Origin: Octopus bimaculoides
Lineage: Eukaryota
Reading direction: 5' to 3'
NCBI RefSeq assembly: GCF_001194135.2
Contig: NC_068982.1
Location: 70,029,330 to 70,093,329 of the forward strand
Length of the DNA: 64,000 nucleotides
A program made the translations under genes and the position numbers. Below the pieces are notes generated by a model. That model worked only from the letters and a program-made list of their open reading frames with translations. It was not told the origin of the DNA and did no database searches. Position 1 is the first letter of the stretch. Each line of letters begins with the position of its first letter. This document shows, one piece after another, positions 12,253 to 26,181 of the stretch.

Positions 12253-12665
12253 GACGGTGAGCTGGCAGAAATGTTAGCATGGCAGACAAAATGCTCAGCA
12301 ACATTTTGTCCGTCTTTACATTCTAGGTTCAAATTCTGTCAAGGTTAACTTTGCCATTCATCCTTTCAGGGTTAATAAAATAAAGTACCAGCCAAATACT
12401 GATGTCAACAGAATTGACTAAACTCAGGTCCCCTCAAAATTGCAGGCCTTCTGCCTAAATAAAAAAAAAACTGTTATTATTATTATTATTAAGACAGCAA
12501 GCTGGCAGAATCATTAGCATGCTGGACAAAATGCTTAGCAGCTTTACCTTCTGAGTTCAAATTCCACCAAGGTTGACTTTGCCTTTCATTCTTTCAGGGT
12601 CGATATAATCGGCTAACCCTCTCCCACTCCCCAAAATTAAGACCTTGTGCTTATATTAGAAAGGG
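12250..12665 (+). repeat. Two tandem family-A SINE-like units after (ATT)n
   Basis: Units start near 12251 and 12491, each preceded by (ATT)n. Confidence 0.85.
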
Positions 12666-13344
12666 TTATTATTATTGCAGTGGAGTAACAGAAGCAGTAG
12701 AGTACTAGACTAAATTCGTTGAGGTATTTATTTTTTCCCTTTACCCCCGTAGTTTAATTCGATGAAATACATACCAGTAATTATATACTTTAAGTCAATC
12801 CATTTAACTGTAATACTCACTATTTACAAATTTCGGGTCTTGTGCCATTGAAAGCTATCATATTTCTCTTCACTTCCTAATAACTTTATTACCTCCCCTT
12901 TCATCCCTCTTTTCTGCACCATTTGCATTGCTGAATGTCAACTGAAGGATGAGAAGAAAAAGAGAGGCCAATATTAATGAAACCATCATGTAATCTCTGT
13001 TGAGCCTTGCCAGTGGAGAGTAATGCAATAAAAGAGAAAAATAGAATGCAAAAAAAAATAAAAAAAAATACTATTGAGTCAATAGTAATTTAAACCTACT
13101 TACAATCAAAGCAAAATAAGCCTTTTTTATTTTCATTATGCTCTACACTGATCAGCTCTTATTATAAACCCTCTTTCTCTTTTATTTATTTATTTTTTCA
13201 TATTTTTCTCTTACCCATTTCCTTCTCTTTGTCTGATATAAATGAAGAAAGTGCGTATCAGTTGTTTTGTTACAAACAATATTACCCAATTACTCTTGAC
13301 AGATACAAGATAAGGGAAGATGTGTCATATTATTATTGTTATTA

Positions 13345-14010
13345 AGAATGGGGCGAGCTGACAGAATTATTAGCAGGTCATGGTCAGGCAAAATGCTTAG
13401 CAGCATTTCGTCTGTCTTTACACTTTGAGTGCAAATTTCATCGAGGTCAATTTTGCCTTTCCTCCTTTTGGGTCGATGAAATAGGTAACGGTTGCACAGT
13501 GGGGTTGATGTAATCAATTAGCCTGCTCCCGTAAAATTTCAAGCAGAAAGGCTTATTATTATTACTGCCAGCTGGCAGAATAGTTAGCACATTGGGCAAA
13601 ATGTTTAGCAGCATTTCTTCTGGTTTTATATTATTAATTCAAATTCCACCACGGTCAGCTTTAACTTTCATCCTTTCAGTGTTGATAAAATAAATACCAG
13701 ATGAACATTAGGGTTGATATAATCAACTAGCCCTTCTCCCCCAAAAAATTTCAGGCCTTCACCTTTAGTAGAAAGAATTGTTAATATTAAGGCAGTTAGC
13801 ATGCCAGACAAAATGTCTAGTGACATTTCTTCTGGCTCTTTACATTCTGAGTTCAAATTCTGCTGAAGTCAGCTTTGTCATTTATCCTTTCAAGGTTGAT
13901 AAAATAAGTACCAGTTGAGCACAGGAGAAGGGTAGGAGGCAGGTGGCAATGTAATTGAGCTATTCCTGCCTCTAAAGCTACTGGCCTTGTACCAAAATTT
14001 TAAACCATCA
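13345..14010 (+). repeat. Three tandem family-A SINE-like units
   Basis: Units start near 13345, 13565 and 13790 with the same core motifs. Confidence 0.85.
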
Positions 14011-14309
14011 CTATTATTATATTAAACTGTTGGATTGACCTTGCAGTTTTCTTCTCCACTATGACATTCTTAACAATCTTTCTTCACTTTGGATCCTTAT
14101 ATATATATATAATATATGAAGTAATGCCATCAATGGATAAATGAAACTTATTGATAAAAGTTCCATGTTTATTGAAGACAGGAAAAACGCCAGCTAACAA
14201 CATTGTTATTTAAATGTCTTATTGATTTATTTTTAGATTCTTTCTTTTATCTACATCTTTTATTTATTATTGTTTATTTGACATAAATAGATTCCTGAAA
14301 TATTAGATT

Positions 14310-14705
14310 GAAAATTAACAGCAGAAATTATTTGAATATCCACAAACATCCAGTTCTATTAGAATTTTCTCTTTTTATTTTACCCCACAATCTTTCATTT
14401 GCTTTCTTTTATTTGTTTGTGTTGCTTGCTGTACTACATTATTTGCAGCAAGAATCAAAACTATTAACAGCCCTTTGTTAGTTCTTCATTTGTATTCCAA
14501 CTTGAAGTTTTGTCTGGAGTCCATCAAGATCCTTTATATCACCCAGATGTAGAACTAACATAATCTCTTTGGTTCCTTGTTATGCTCTTAAATACACTTA
14601 AATCATCACTTCTCCACTAACTCAGTTTTATTGTTTCTTTCAAAAAGATTGTTTAAAAATAAAACCTTTTGTGACAGGAGATACAATAAATGTTGCATGA
14701 ACTAA
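14310..14705. repeat. Copy 2 of the ~370-bp direct repeat
   Basis: Collinear with 9445-9815 apart from two small insertions. Confidence 0.9.
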
Positions 14706-15164
14706 AAAAATAACATATACACACATGTGTATATATATGTGTGTGTGTGTAAAGAACAAGAAGAAAAAAATGAGATTTATCAGGAATGGTGATTTAATTA
14801 ATATGCCTAAGACAATATTTAGCTTCCATTTCGTATCGTAAAGTTTAATTTATATGTCATTAGCGCTACTTCTATAAATAGTATTTCACTTTTACAGAAT
14901 TAATGATATAAAAATGTACTTTTTCTTTTAAATAAAATAAAATAAACCAAGAAAAATACTCAATAATGAAAAGGGAATTATAATTTTTTTAACTATTAAT
15001 TTTGCCTTTAGGCATGATGTTTTTTTTTCTTTTTTTTGACATTTACAAAAGGTTTATAAAGTGATGTATAGGTTTTATCCCTACACATGTTTGAAAACTT
15101 AATTAATATTTAACTAATTTTTACTCTTAACAGTTAGTATCTACATCATTATGTAAGAGAAGTT

Positions 15165-15625
15165 AGAGCATTCCAAGAAATACCTTGCAGTATTTCTTCC
15201 AGCTCTTTATGTCCCGAGTTCAAATTTTGTTGCTGCTTGTTTTGACTTTTGTGTTAGACAAAATGCTAACTGGCATTTCTTCTCAGTTTACATTCTTTGT
15301 TCAAATTTCACCCAGGTCAACTTATCTTTTTATCCTTTCAGGGTTGATAAAATAAGAACCATCTGAGCCCTGGGGTCAATGTAATCAACTTACCCATCCC
15401 ACCAAAATTTCAGGCCTTATGCCTACAGTAGAAAGGATTATTTATCATCATTATTATTAAAATGTGGTGAGCTGTCCAGTTCTTTACATTCTGAATTCAA
15501 ATCCCACTTAAGTCAATGTTGACTTTCACTCCTTCAGAGCCATTAAAATTAAGTATCCCTCAAATTCTAGGGTTGGTGATATTGACAAACCTAAAAATTA
15601 CTGGCTTTTTGCCTAAATTAAACAG
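15165..15625 (+). repeat. Degenerate or partial family-A units
   Basis: Core TTCAAATT...CAACTT...TCCTTTCAGGGTTGATAAAATAAG recurs about three times. Confidence 0.7.
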
Positions 15626-16694
15626 ATTCTTGTTATCATTTATTAAAATTTGTTGTGGCAGAAGAGATGCAGTATTAGATTGAATATTTCACACTGTTTA
15701 TTGTCCCTTTGCAGTCTTGGATCAGATCCTACTGGTGTCAATAAAATAGCAGTCAAACACTAGTTAGGGACATTCCTCTGCCACTGATTTTGCACAAAAC
15801 TTGCTTGATGTAGGACATTCTGGTGTTGAAACAATTTTGTTTCTATTCTTCATAATTGGTTTTATTTAGTTGGACGTCAAGCACAGCAGAAAGTAGAGAA
15901 ATATAAGGATGCTTGTAAATACTACATGGAAAACTAAATAGAATTACAATTTTTGATATATTTTCCTTCCTAGCTTCACCCTGGCCACACTTTCATCAGT
16001 AATGTGAGTAGCCATATTGCTTTTCTACAGCAAGAAACAAGTTCTTTACAAGCCCATTTTCTCACCCTCTAGCAAAAAAAAAAGTCACCTCCCTCTCTAG
16101 TGAAGCCACAGTTTGTCAAAGGAGATCTTAATCTTGCAGATGTCACGGTGACCTCACTAGTGCTGTGCTATGTAAAAAAAAAACCCACCTAATTACAAAG
16201 TTGTTAGCATTAGATTCAGCATCTGGCTGTAGAAACCATGTCAAGGCAGACATCGGAGCACAATGCGGTCTTTGGATCCGTCTTATTCTGTTCTGACCGT
16301 CCACCCTGTATCAACATAGACATTAAGTGATGATAATGAACTTTTTCCTTTACCAGCAAAAATAATCTGCCGAAGCACGTTTGTATCTTGTAAAGGGAAG
16401 TAACTCGATATTTAATATATCTCAACGTCTCTCCCCTCCTCCTCTCTCTTTATGTCTACCTTCAGTGCCAAATGGTCTATCACCAAAGCAGTTGTGCCAA
16501 AACTACACCCCGCCACCCCATTCTGGTTTACACTGGCCTTGATTCAAGTAAGTCTTAATTTGTGTTTTGGTACCATTAATATTTAAGCTGTTGGAGTTGA
16601 TGCAGCAGTACATAAGATAAAGAACAAGACCTAGACCTTATAGTTGTTAGCTGCATCACTGTTCTGTCTTCTAGTGCTGTTAAACATTAACTTT

Positions 16695-16810
16695 GTTGTT
16701 GTTGGCACTCCGTCGCTTAAGACGTCGAGGGTTCCAGTTGATCCGATCAACGGAACAGCCTGCTCATGAAATTAACGTGCAAGTGGCTGAGCACTCCACA
16801 GACACATGCA
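16695..16810 (-). mobile_element. 3' fragment of tRNA-derived SINE family B
   Basis: Near-identical to 21861-21965 and 39280-39390. Confidence 0.85.
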
Positions 16811-19128
16811 ACATTAACTTTACACTTCATCCTTCTTGAGTGATTTAGTCCAGTATAACATCAAGGCTATTTATATCAGTTTTATGTCTTTCCTTTAAGA
16901 AATTGGTCCTGTCTCTAAATAAAGTTCCTTTTTTTTAAGTAACTTTAATTGCTTTAGATAATTCTATTTGAAGTCTTTTCTATTACAGAGACAGTGTGGT
17001 TAAGAAGTTTGCTTTTCAACCATGTAATTTCAGGTTCAGTCCCACTGTATGATACTTTAGGCTGACCAATGTTTTGTGAGTGAATTTGGTAGATGAAAAC
17101 TGTAGAAAGACCATCATATACATATATCCATACATGCCTATATATGTGTGTAAGTATGTACATTCTGAAAAACTTTAGCTAGATGCAGCAACATTTGTTG
17201 TAATTTTCCTTTAAACAAATTATCTTCTGAACTTTCAGAGACATGTAGAATAAGATATATCTTTCTTGAAAAACAGGTATGGGTTAGCAACAGGAAAGGC
17301 TCCAGTTGTAGGCCCATATCACATGATAATAAGTATGTAAAATGACAGAACACCAGCATTCTAGAAACCAACATCACCTAAAAACGTATAAAATGAAACA
17401 ATGCATTGATAATATGTATTTGTCTAGCCCATGCTTGCCTGGAAAATAATTAAAACTGCAGTTTTTCAACAAGTGACTTGAAAATAGTGATACTATCTGA
17501 GATACAAAACCACAAATTTAGGAAATAAGTAACTGAGTAGGATGACACTGCCATACACACACACACACACACATATTCCCCCAATACATGATTGGCATTT
17601 TTATCAACCATGAAAGGATGGAAAGCAAAGTTAATTTTGATGAGATTTGAATTTAGAAAGTATTGTGAAAGCTCAACCTGGGATGAAACTGTATATAAAC
17701 TACTGTATTCTATTCATATAAGAGTGCTTCTTCTCTGAATCTTACCCACCAACAGATTATATATGTATATAACAGAATTTTATAGTATTACCATATTTCC
17801 TTACAGTAAAATGTAAATCGTCTATTCAAAATAAATTACCTTAAACAGAATCAAACTAGAAAATGCAGTTGTTTATTCTCTGCAATAGAAACTATTTCTA
17901 AAAATCTAAGAATGAATGGATCCTAGATTAATCAAATATCTTTTAAGCTTCAATATGAGTTGCAACTTTTTAACTATGAAGTAAAAGGTTTTGTTTTGTT
18001 TTTTCTTTAGATTAACAGATTAGGAAGGTTGTATGTCGTTTATGTAGTCATCAATCTATATGCATACACAGGAGTCAAAATATTTTCTATACAGTAGATA
18101 TTGAGTTATCAGATAAATTCATTTGTTTAATCCTTTCCAATGTTATTAGAATTAACACTTTTTTTTTTCATTCTTCCTCTACAACTTTTATGACTTTTGA
18201 AATTGAATAAATATCTCTTTTCATGCAGATGATGATGGAGTGCTGGGGAGTAAAAACACAAATTTATCTGACAATTCAAATGATAATAATAATAACAATA
18301 GATGTGTTAGTCACAGCATCTGCAATATTTTTTAAAACTGATTTCCTTCTTTTTCTAAAAGCAATATATTTCTTTGTTTTACATAATTTTGATTTGGAAG
18401 AAAATTTTGGCTACTCACCTTATTACTTAAACACTGAGTAGTGTTAAATCACTAATGCAGTCACCCAGCAAGTTATAAACCTGTCTATTCTCAGAAAACC
18501 TGCCAAGTGATGTTAGAATTATTATTCATTATTCACTTAAACTCAAGTCAGTTTACGATATTTCTTCATGTTTATTCATAACATGGAATTAATTACTGAA
18601 ATCTAACTCTGTTACCCAAAATAATCCAGTTTGATGAAATTATTGTTAATTGAAAGAAAACCTGAAGTCAGCTTTCTTAAATGAAGGTTTTCTTTTCAAT
18701 TTAACAAGTTATCTTCTATTTTTCTACCAGCTTAAAAAAGAATCTCTCAACTCCCCCCCCCTTTCTGCTTTCACTACTCCATTGTCTTCCTATGTTATTG
18801 CTTATATCTTATTTGTGTGTGTGTTATTTATTTTGTTTCATAATTACTCTTGCAATTAAAATGAATTCAATGATCAAAAAATCATTTTGTTTTGTAACTT
18901 TTGCATATTTTTTCTATCTCTCTTTCTCTTTGTCCTAAATGCTAAGACATCGGCTTGCTCTGTAAGACAAGAATATTTAATCCCACTCAAGTGAATCAAG
19001 CTTCATTCACCACCAATATTTTACAAGTGCATTTGTGAGACACTGGCATTTATCATCTCCTCCCACTCTTTACTGAAATTGTTTCCCTTAAATAAAAGCA
19101 ATAGGATGGCAAACAAACTATAATAGGC

Positions 19129-19285
19129 TAGTCATAGGCAAAGTGCAGCCTGCAGGACTTTCTGAATAGAATACCCAACAAAAAAAAAAATTACCTTGAA
19201 AATTTTTTTTTTAGTAGTGTGGCCCACCTATTGATGGGCCATGTCTTATGTGGCTCACTTCTCAAAAATGTTTACCCACGCCTAG
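19129..19285. mobile_element. hAT-like MITE (related copy at ~45929-46070)
   Basis: Ends TAGTCATAGGCAAAGTGCAGCCTGC ... TTTACCCACGCCTAG resemble CAGGCATGGGCAAA-type hAT termini; the internal sequence is shared with 45950-46070. Confidence 0.6.
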
Positions 19286-21853
19286 TATAGACTGATACAT
19301 ATGTGTTAAACAGAACTGGTAAAAGGTTATCTATCATGAATGCTATAATATTCTGAAGCTGTGTCAAAATTTCTTCAGTAACAGATACATTAATGATGGT
19401 TGCATTTAATATTTATTTTGATTTTGTTGACTTTTTTTTTTTATATATATTTTTGTTTTAAATTTCCCCCCCGTCAATGAAATTATTGTTTGTTATTAAA
19501 CTAGCCATCACTGAATAACACAATTTCAGTAACACTTTGTGGAAAGTATTCCAGTTAACTTCTAAACTTTACAACATCTCACTTTTAAATTATTGCCACC
19601 ACCGAAAATATATTTTGAGTTTAATTTATTTATTTTTTTAGACAATATTTATGTATATCTTAGAAATATCAAACGATGGAGGAAAAAAATGATAATGAAG
19701 GTTGAAGTTGGCTTTTATGCTGCCAAACTAGAATCAGCAGGAGACAGTCCATCGCAAACAGTTTTGTAGTAATTGCACCCTTTTAATGTAGGTTCTTTTA
19801 TTGCAATCATGTAAAAAAAAAAAGAAAAATGTTAATGAGTTTATTGTGTTTTCTCTCTTCAGTTGGTGAGGTCAAGTGTGTACATTCAATAATAAAATAC
19901 ACACATTTTCATTCAAACAGGCAATCGCATGTTTCAGTGTGTGTGGTCTGTCAGGTTTGGGTGTGTGCATATATATATATATGTAGTGGTCTATATCAGC
20001 CTATGTATACATTTATATATGACCAGAATATATATATATAAATTGGTCTGACCAGGTTCCTCAATTGAAACTAATATTTTGTAGAATATATATACTGTAA
20101 TCAAAATATTACAATATAACCATTTAATTTCTGCACTTTCAGTTACAGAAATAAAATATAATTTTAGAAAAAAAAAAAAACAATTGCTATCATTATTATT
20201 ATTATCATCATCTTTTCGTGTATCTAATTAAAACTCTGCTGGATTTAATTGTCCAAATATGGTGATTTTAGTTACTGAATTTTATTTTAAAAAAATAAAC
20301 CATGTTTCCCTCACAGATTTTTGCTATTAATCTTCAGATGTAAGACAATTGTGATGTTACTAAATTCGATTAAATGTATACTTTTATCCAAAAGAGATGT
20401 TTAAAAATATGACCTCCGAGTCTTGTCTGCATGGAGGAACTGAGGGTATCTTTGTAATTATATCAAAAACGAAACAATCTACCTTGACATTCATGGTTTT
20501 TTTTCGTTTTGTTTTTTTTTGTTTGTTTTTTTAAGTTTGATCAACTATGCAAGTTGTTTACACTTAAATAATAAAAGAACTTACCTTTCATTCTATTATT
20601 TCCAATTGTTCTTGTTTCTAAGCAAATGCAGACCTCTGCCAGGCAAATACACCTGCTTAAAACATTTAACACTTTGTCTACCATTGGAAGTCATCAGTGC
20701 TTCCCGTAGTGGATTTTGTTTTTTTAAGCTTCACATTACTGTAGTTCAAACTACAGGCATCCCCCATGTTACAGGATTTCATGCTAAAGGAAATTGTAAA
20801 GTACGACCATTAATTTCAGGATATGGCCTGTAATTACACTGTTATTGAAACTCATATTACATAGTTTTAAGTTGTTAATTTAAAACTACACTTTCTTTGT
20901 AGCTCAACAGCAACTTGCATTTTAGTTAAAATCAAAGTATATAGTTAATGATTTGAAAAACTATCAACACGTTACACACATATATATTATGTGTGTGAGT
21001 TTGTGTGTTTCTGTCATCAACATGAACACAAACAGCAACAGTAATATGAAGTAGGTAAGCAAATCCATTTCAAATAAAAACAAAGTGATATCCTAATGTA
21101 TTTTAGAAGTTGAATGAAATTTCTTTAATCTTAGGTCTATAAGGATTGACTTAAGACTAAACAGTCACAACAATATAATTAGCAAGAACAACATTACCCA
21201 CCCACCATCACTAACATCTAATTCAATGCAACCCATATAATCACCACTATCAACCCACTAACTTGTGTTTGTATGTGTGTCGGTAATGTCATAAGTCAGA
21301 CGTGCAAGGGCTGAATTGTCTAAAATCTGGTGACCCTTCAGTTAACAGTAATCATATAGTACTTTCTCTTCTTCAGTCCTTCATCTTTGCATCTTACTTT
21401 CATTGTTGCATCAATAGGAATAAGACAATTTTTTGCTCTCATAGATCAGTCTTTCCTGGGCCATTTGTGTTTTTATGATATATTTGTTGTGGACAATTAA
21501 TCAGTGCTGCTGTTGCATTTGCCTTCAATCTATGATGTCTGGAAAGAAGCTATCAAGTAGAACTGAAGGCAGTAGTGTGAAAAGGAACTGTAAAGGGGTT
21601 ATGCTGATATTAAACTGGATGTTTTAAAAACACTTGATGAGAGACAAAAGCTAAATAATATTACCAAAACATTAAATCTTGTAACATCTACAGTGGGAAC
21701 AATATGTGACAAGAGAGAGAAAATTGTCAAGTGTTCAAGAAGCTACTCTGCTAACTGCCTAGACTTTATTTTTCCATAGATTTAATGTAACATTTAAAAC
21801 AGAAAGACTCATGAGTGTTGGATCAAGGATCAGGATTGGCATAATGTGCTGAT

Positions 21854-22228
21854 GTTCTTTGCACTCCGTTGCTTACGACGTCGAGGGTTCCAGTTGATGC
21901 GATCAACGGAACAGCCTACTCGTGAAATTAACGTGCAAGTGGCTGAGCACTCCACAGACACGTGTACCCTTAACGTAGTTCTCGGGGATATTCAGCATGA
22001 CACAGTGTGACAAGGCTGACCCTTTGAATTACAGGCACAACAGAAATAGAAAGTAAGAGTGAAAGTTGTGGTGAAAGAGTACAGCAGGGTTCGCCACCAT
22101 CCCCTGCCGGAGCCTTGTGGAGCTTTAGGTGTTTTTGCTCAATAAACACTCACGATTGAAACCGCGATTGAAACCGTGATCCTATGACCGCGAGTCCGCT
22201 GCCCTAACCACTGGGCCATTGCACCTCC
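21854..22228 (-). mobile_element. Full-length tRNA-derived SINE (family B) with 11-bp TSD
   Basis: The minus strand starts TGGAGGTGCAATGGCCCAGTGGTTAGGGCAGCGGACTCGCGGTC (A-box); TSD AATGTGCTGAT at 21843-21853 and 22229-22239. Confidence 0.92.
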
Positions 22229-22714
22229 AATGTGCTGATAAACACAATGGTAAAAATTTAAAAAAGGAGCCAAAAGTTTACATGATTTGCTGAAAAACCC
22301 TGTAAAGGCTGGTTTGAAAGCTTTAATATGTTCATGAATTTGCACAACCTAAAAGGGATGGGTGAAACTGCAAGGCTGTTACTGATTATGCTGGGCAGTT
22401 GAAGAAAATGATTGAAAGGGTACCTTTAGTCCTGCAAGCTACACGGTGACCTCACATTTAGTTACTGGTCACACTAAGAGTTGCTGGCACTAACCTCACA
22501 ACAGCTATAACTAATCAACTAAACATTTATATCTGATGAAACAGTAATAACTAGTTAATTACTTGAGCTTTTGTAATCAGAGAGTACCTCTCAATGGAAT
22601 CCAGACTGAGAGGAATTGCAATGTTCTTTGTACCTTTCAAAATTATATTATATTATATTCTGCCAAGTGTAGTAGTCATCTAAACACATTGTTATACATA
22701 AATCTCTATTGTAA

Positions 22715-22880
22715 AAGCACCCAGCACACCCTGTAAAGCATTAGGAAGAGCATCCAGTTGTAGAAACCATGCCAAATCAGACTGGAGTCTGGTGCATTAT
22801 CCCCCTCCAGACTTGCCAGCTCTGGGCAAACTGTCCAACCCATGCCAGCATGAACAACAGATGTTAAATGATGATAATGA
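22715..22880 (+). mobile_element. Family-D non-autonomous element sharing the RTE LINE 3' tail
   Basis: AAAAGCACCCAG...TTAGGAAGAGCATCCAGTTGTAGAAACCATGCC...CCAACCCATGCCAGCATG...GTTAAATGATGAT; the end matches 5520-5578. Confidence 0.8.
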
Positions 22881-23305
22881 TATAGGTAAAGCTGCATGGT
22901 TCAGAAGTTTCATGCTCAACCATGTAGCTTTGGGTTCAGTTCCACATGATACTTTGGGCAAGTGTCCTCTACTATAGACTTAGGTTGATCAAAGCCGTGT
23001 GAGTGGATTTGATAAACAGAAACTAAAAGAAATCTGTTGTGTATGTGTGTTTTTTGTGTCTCCTTTTCTTGACATCATTCAATATAGATGAAGATTACCA
23101 TCATACAAGCAGTATTCCTTGTTACTAGGGAAATATCAACTATAGGGGAAGTGGGGAAATATAACCCTACTTGGAAATAGAGTTAGCAACAGGCAAGGCA
23201 TCTGGCTGTAGAAAATCTACCTCAACAAATTCCACTTCAGCCAAGCAAGCATAACAAAGTGAACATTAAATCTATATGTGTGCGTATATATATATATACA
23301 TATAT

Positions 23306-23672
23306 TCTACTTGTTTCAGTCATTTGACTGTGGCCATGCTGGTGTACCACCTTGAAGGGTTTTTTTAGCTAAGCAAATTGACCCCCAGCACTTCGTTTTT
23401 TTTAAAGCCTGATACTTATTCTATCAGTCACTTTTGCCAAACTGCTATGTTACAGGGACATAAACACACCAACACTGGTTGTCAAGCAGTGATGGTGGGG
23501 TACAAACACAAAGACACACACACACATATATATGACAGGCTTCTTTCAGTTTCCAAGGATTTGGTCGGCCTGAGGCTATAGTAGAAGACACTTGCCCAAG
23601 GTACCATGCAGTGGTACTGAACCCAGAACCATGTTGTTGGGAAGCAAGTTTCTTGCCACACAGCTATGCCTA
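23306..23672 (-). mobile_element. tRNA-headed SINE family C
   Basis: Minus strand GCTGTGTGGCAAGAAACTTGCTTCCC...GGTTCTGGGTTCAGTACC head, internal (TG/TA)n, tail GACTGAAACAAGTA; homologous to 37183-37578, 42256-42598 and 43981-44342. Confidence 0.85.
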
Positions 23673-23678
23673 TATATC

Positions 23679-23709
<31 letters not shown>

Positions 23710-26181
23710 ACACAGATGTTATTTCAATCATGACAAAGCAATTGAGACATACTTTTGTTTTCTCTACTGCAAACAGTAACAAAAAATTTTTTTTTAAAGA
23801 AACACATGTAAGTAGCCAAAATTTTAACTTGGAAGAAAAACAAAGACAATGAAAGTGGATGTATGTTTATTATTCTGTTCAATCTGTTGTTTCCATCTGT
23901 ATTTACATTATTATTATTATTATTATTATTGTACATAACTTCATTCAGATTGATCTGATACTTGACCACTCAACAAACAGTCTCAAAACATTGGACGGCG
24001 GCATTAGCAACAACAAAGCAAAGGGCCACTGAAGCAGCCAGTCTCTTCTCCTCTCTCTTGGATGTATTATCCTATGGAGGAGTCACTTTGTATAAAAATC
24101 TGCTACATCTAAACTCTTCTGCCAAGAGCCAAACCAAGTGTATTAAGAAAGCAGACAACTAACATTTCAGCGGATGTACCTGAATATTATTACCAGTCAA
24201 TAGCCAAATGGTCTGGCGACTTTACACCAGTTGTCTCAATTTCTGTAAGTAACTAGAATTGAGTACATCTTTATATAAATGTCTCCCTATGCCTGTCTAT
24301 CTCAATTTAAAATGAAAATTAGCCAACAAGTGAGTTTCCAGTTTAAAGGCTACTCTTTAAGGGAAGAGTGACCTCTCCTGGTTTTCCTTGCTTCATTTGT
24401 GGCTAGGCATATGGAAAATTTCACATTTTAATAATTTTGTTGGAATAAATTGATTCTAGACGCGATCCCTGCCACTTTCTACTCAACCACGAGCTGACAG
24501 GATTAAGTTGAGACAGTGAAAGTTGAACTCAGAATCATGAGACAACAAAATATGATGGTGCAAAGTGTCCAGTTTGAGGCATTGACTCTCCACTTTGGAA
24601 TGTACAAAGATTTCATTCAGCAAAAATATTCATTTTCCTACACTGTACTGAAAACCAGAAGAATAGAGAGAGACAGAGAGCATGTACACATACATACATT
24701 TTATATGAGAAAATATGATTGCTCTGTTTATCATAACCAGAAATACTACTAGCAGTACAGTAGTAACCACACCACTATACTGGAAGAAGACTGGATGATG
24801 AAACTCTACAAGGACCTCTAAACTCACACATCTAACTGTACATACAAGATATATTGGATATGCATGTGTGTACTTTACCATACATCTGCCCAGTAAGTCT
24901 TATCTAACCCCACTTTCAATTATGCAATAATATGTTTGAAGAGAGAAAATAATGTGGAGCAGGTAGCTAGAGATAGAATCCATTTCCTAATCCCACCCAC
25001 AAAAAAAAAAAGTCTTGTTTACTCTAAAAGTAAGAAGAGGAAAATATATACACAGATTTGGCTGCTTCAGTGTTTCCCAGTTGCCATGGCCGAAGCAAGA
25101 AAACAATTCTCTACCAACAATGGTAACTGATGCTTACAAAATATTGAGGGTTTTTTTTTTTTTTACATAGGTAACAAGCCTCAAATTTATATGGATGGGG
25201 AATTGGAAGTTGTGATGTTTATGCCTTTCCCAAGGATATAAGTGAAGTGGTTTCTAACTTGGTCACAGACTCACAAACATGTCAATTAACAAGGGGTTAT
25301 TGCCTCACTATACCATCTATCAATGATAATAAATAATGCAGCATGTATAAAACTTATTTCCTTTACAGTCTCATGAACGATGGCACAGTTGCCTGGTAAA
25401 CACGTTCACCATTAAAATGTTCATCTGATGTCGTGAACTTTTGACCAACTAAAATGTTCCCCGAGTGAAGATCATTCCTTCCATAAACAGTCTCATGTCT
25501 TCAGGTGGATGATCAACATTCCAATGTTAACCACTTACTCATGGAATCAAACCTCTTCAACATACTATACCCTAAACACCAAAACGTTACTAAAGCATGA
25601 TTAAACTGTCATGTCAGAGAACCTTAGAGTCCAAAATGTGACAGAAAAGATAATAAATTGAGAGGGCATGAGTTCTGTTACCAATTTTTTCCCCTTGTCA
25701 TAAAGTATATTACCTAAAACAACTGATTTTACTAAAATCATAGAATCTTTTAGGAGACTTCCACATGAAATGATGAGTAAACTGTTTAAATATATGTGTA
25801 ACAAAAAGATCAAATCCATTTAAAAGCTACAGTATAAAATTCTATAAAACGGTTGCCCTATGAACAGTATTATCACAACAGAAACCATTATTGTAAAAAA
25901 TAAAAGAAACCACCATTATTATTGTTATTATTATAATCATTACTTTTGACAGAGCACTGAAGACAGGTTTATAATACATTAAAATAGCATGCAAGCCTAC
26001 ACTTATATAACTGAATGAGAAATTATTCCAACTGTACTTGGTTATATAGCAATCACAAACAAAAATGCCATAAATGATCTGCTTTGAGCCACATGACAGA
26101 AAAATTGCACAATAGAACATTTTCTGGACATACGAGTAATAAAGTATGGTTAAGATTCCAGCAACATTTTGGAATGAAAGC

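Noticed and set aside
22185-22228. tRNA-like sequences with A/B boxes (also near 26182, 36750, 39620, 43981)
   Set aside because: They are SINE heads attached to repeat bodies and TSDs; no complete cloverleaf can be formed.
24190-24246. Minus-strand peptide GVKSPDHLAIDW resembling an LRP YWTD repeat
   Set aside because: It is followed immediately by two stops, and no other propeller exons were found.
25366-25500. Minus-strand peptide containing DLHSGNILV, resembling a kinase/phosphotransferase catalytic loop
   Set aside because: It lacks the preceding His (reads GRND), is bounded by stops within about 45 codons, and has no splice sites or other kinase motifs nearby; probably chance. A blastx would settle it.
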